Assembly (NCBI GenBank): GCA_964016885.1
Contig: OZ024741.1
Span: forward strand, 398,598,001 to 398,662,000
Length of the DNA: 64,000 nt
Direction: 5' to 3'
Origin: Eledone cirrhosa
Lineage: Eukaryota
Notes under the pieces: generated by a model
The model's input: only the letters and a program-made list of their open reading frames with translations
What the model was told of the DNA's origin: nothing
The model's database searches: none
Shown: positions 60,788 to 64,000 of the stretch, one piece after another
Numbering within the stretch: position 1 is the first letter of the stretch
How the letters are laid out: every line of letters begins with the position of its first letter
Position numbers and translations under genes: made by a program

Positions 60788-63700
60788 AATTTTCTTCCTG
60801 CTTTTTTTGTCTTTTTTTGTGTGTGTGCTTACCACCCAATCTTACATTAAAAGTGTTCGCAATTAACTATTTTTTGCACATATTATCAATGAAGACTTTG
60901 AAACTTGTTGAAAATGACTAGCATTGTAGAAAAAAGAGGGCGGAAAGTGGGTGGAAATACCATTTACAAAGCTTGTCATTTTTGATTGCAGTGAAAGTCA
61001 TATTTGTTGTTAATATGGTAATGGAGGCACATGGCTTAGTGGTTAGAGCATTGGCCTTGCAATCGAAAGGTTGTGAGTTCAATTCTCAAACCAGGTGGTA
61101 TGTTGTTTCCTTGAGCAAGACACTTTATCTCACATTGCTCCAGTTTACTCAGCTGTAGAAATGAGATCATAGGGACTGGGGTCCCTATCATTCCAATGCA
61201 AAGTGGTCGTGTAGGTGCCACAGCAAAAACCACCCAGCACTCACTGTAAATGAGGTTGGTGTTAGGAAGGGCATCCAGCTGTAGAAATCAAACCAGAATC
61301 AGTTCCCGTCCCACCCTTGCAAGCAGGGAAAAGTGGACGTAAAATGATGATGCTGATGGTAAAAGCATAGTCGGCTGTGAGCATGTTGGAGGTTGGAAAA
61401 CCATACCACATTAAACTACATCAAACTACACCATACTACATCACACCATGCTATTAATCTCAGTGAGAACATTTTTCTTCCTGTTTTTCTTTTTTTCTGT
61501 GTGTGTGTGTGCTTACCACCCAATCTGATATCAAAGGTGCTCACAAATGACTATTTTTTTTACACATTATCAATGTATATAACATGGAAACCTATCATTT
61601 GCAATAGGTTCCCATGTCATAACTACAACAGTCCAAACCACACCATAGCAAACTACACCATTCTACATCACACCATACTTTTGAGCGCAGTGTGAAAAAT
61701 TTTCTTCCTGTTTCTTTTTTTTTTTGTGTGTGTTCTTACCACCCAATCTGACATCAAAGGTGCTGCAATTGACTATTTTTAGCACATATCAATAATTATG
61801 ACATGGAAAACTGTCGAAAATGACTAGCTTTGTAGAAAAAAGAGGGAGGATGTGGGTGGAAATACCATTTACAAAGCTAGTCATTTTTTATTGCAGCGGA
61901 AGTCATATATTTTGTTAATATGCTAAAAGCATAGTCCACTGCGAGCATCTTGGAAGTTGTATTAGTTGATAGCACATGCAAAAGTGAATGAAAACATTTT
62001 TTTCTTACATAAATCAAAGTGGAAATTTAATTCCTTACTTATAACAAAGCACACCACACCACATTAATCTATCCCAAACCACACCATATCAAACAGCACC
62101 ATATTATGGTAAATTTATTACAGAACACCTACTCCTATCATTTACATCACACCATGGTATGAACATCAATGTGACAAATTTGCTACCTGCTTTTTTTTTT
62201 TTTGTATTTACCACCCAAACTAACATCAAAGGTGCTTGCAAATGACTATTTTTCCACATTATCAATGAATATGACATGGGAATCTATCGTTTAGAATTGG
62301 TTTCCATTTCATAACTTCACCAAACCAGACCACACCATAACAAGTTACACCATACTACATCACACCAAGCTATTGATCTTGGTGTGAAACATTTTCTTCC
62401 CGTTTCCTTTTTTTTTGTGTGTGTGCTTACCACCCAATCTGACATTAAAGGTGCGCCCAATTGACTATTTTTTTCCCGCTTATCAATAATTATGACATGG
62501 AAACCTGTCGAAAATGACTATCTTTGTAGAAACTTCATCAAACCACACCAAGATATTGATTTTGGTGTGACAAATTTTCATTTGGCATTTTTTTTTGTGT
62601 GTGCTTACCACCCAATTTGACATAAATGGTGCTCGCAAATTACTATTTTATGCACATATTATCAATGGTTATGACATGGAAACCTGATGAAAATGACTAG
62701 CTTTGTAGAAAAAAGAGGGAGGATGTGGGTGGAAATACCATTTACAAAGCTAGTCATTTTTTATTGCAGCGGAAGTCATATTTTTTGTTAATATGCTAAA
62801 AGCATAGTCCACTGCGAGAATCTTGGAAGTTGATAGCACATGCAAAAATGAATGAAAAAATTTTTTTCTAACATAAATCAAAGTGGAAATTTAAATCCTC
62901 TCTTATAACAAAGCACACCACAGCACATTAATCTACCCCAATCCACACCATAAATTCACCGTAACCATACTTCACTATATGGTAAATTTATTACAGAACA
63001 CCTACTCCTACCATTTACATCACACCATGGTATGGAGATCAATGTGACAAATTTGCTACCTGCTTTTTTTTTTGTGGTTACCACCTCAAACTAACATCAA
63101 AGGTGCTTGCAAATGATTATTTTCCCACACATTATCAATGAATATGACATGGGAATCTATCGTTTACAATTGGTTTCCATTTCATAACTTCACCAAACCA
63201 CACCATACCAAGTTACACCATACTACATCGCACCAAGCTATTGATCTTGGTGTGAAAAATTTTCTTCCTGTTTCCTTCTTTTTTTTGTGTGTGTGTGTGC
63301 TTACCACCCAATCTGACATTAAAGGTGCGCCCAATTGACTATTTTTTTCCACTTATCAATAATTATGACATGGAAACTTCACCAAACCAGACCACACCAT
63401 AGTACATCGCACCAAGCTATTAATTTTGGTGTGACAAATTTTCATTTGGCATTTTTTTTTTTTTTTGTGTGTGCTTACCACCCAATTTGACATAAATGTT
63501 GCTCGCAAATTACTATTTTATGCACATATTATCAATGGTTATGACATGGAAACCTGATGAAAATGACTAACTTTGTAGAAAAAGAGGGAGGATGTGGGTG
63601 GAAATACCATTTACAAAGCTAGTCTTTTTTTATTGCAGCCGAAGTCATATTTTTTGTTAATATGCTAAAAGCATAGTCCACTGCGAGCATCTTGGAAGTT

Positions 63701-64000
63701 GAGAGCACATGCAAAAATGAAGGAAAAATTGTTTTTCTAACATAAATCAAAGTGGAAATTTAAATCCTCACTTATAACAAAGCACACCACAGCACATTAA
63801 TCTACCTCAATCCACACCATAACCATACTTTACCATATGGTAAATTTATTACAGAACTCCTACTCCTACCATTTACATCACACCAATGCTCGCAGTTGAC
63901 TATTTTTTTCACATATTATGAATGAATATAACTTTGAAACCTATCGTCAATGATTAGCTTTTTAGAAAAATGAGAGCAGAAAGTGGGTGGAAAAACCATT
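60788..64000. repeat. ~870-bp tandem satellite with internal subrepeats
   Basis: AAAATGACTAGCTTTGTAGAAAA landmark at 61817, 62690 and 63560; subrepeat TTACCACCCAATCTGACAT..AAAGGTGC. Confidence 0.88.
61022..61357 (+). mobile_element. Full tRNA-derived SINE with RTE-like tail, inserted in the satellite
   Basis: Closely matches 2183-2538. Confidence 0.9.

Overview
AT-rich, repeat-saturated animal genomic DNA. The mix of RTE LINEs with (GAT)n tails, tRNA-derived SINEs and TA/CA microsatellites suggests a coleoid cephalopod (octopus-like); this is an inference. Contents: (1) many RTE-clade LINE copies and fragments whose RT carries an inserted PHD-like finger, plus partner SINEs; (2) a 15-kb head-to-tail array of five Tx1-clade LINE insertions, all on the + strand and all inside (TCTA)n microsatellite, with covarying UTR hairpins and a pseudo-LTR arrangement; (3) Penelope-type elements marked by six minimal hammerhead-ribozyme motifs, including a near-perfect 1.25-kb inverted repeat; (4) a CRE-clade fragment, a deleted DD37D (maT) transposon and several MITEs; (5) three small phase-0 exons of an unidentified host gene (12.5-22.3 kb), two of them preceded by tandem branch-point-like repeats; (6) a candidate three-exon gene for a very basic, protamine-like protein at 56.6-57.6 kb; (7) several satellites. 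All calls were made by eye and boundaries are approximate.
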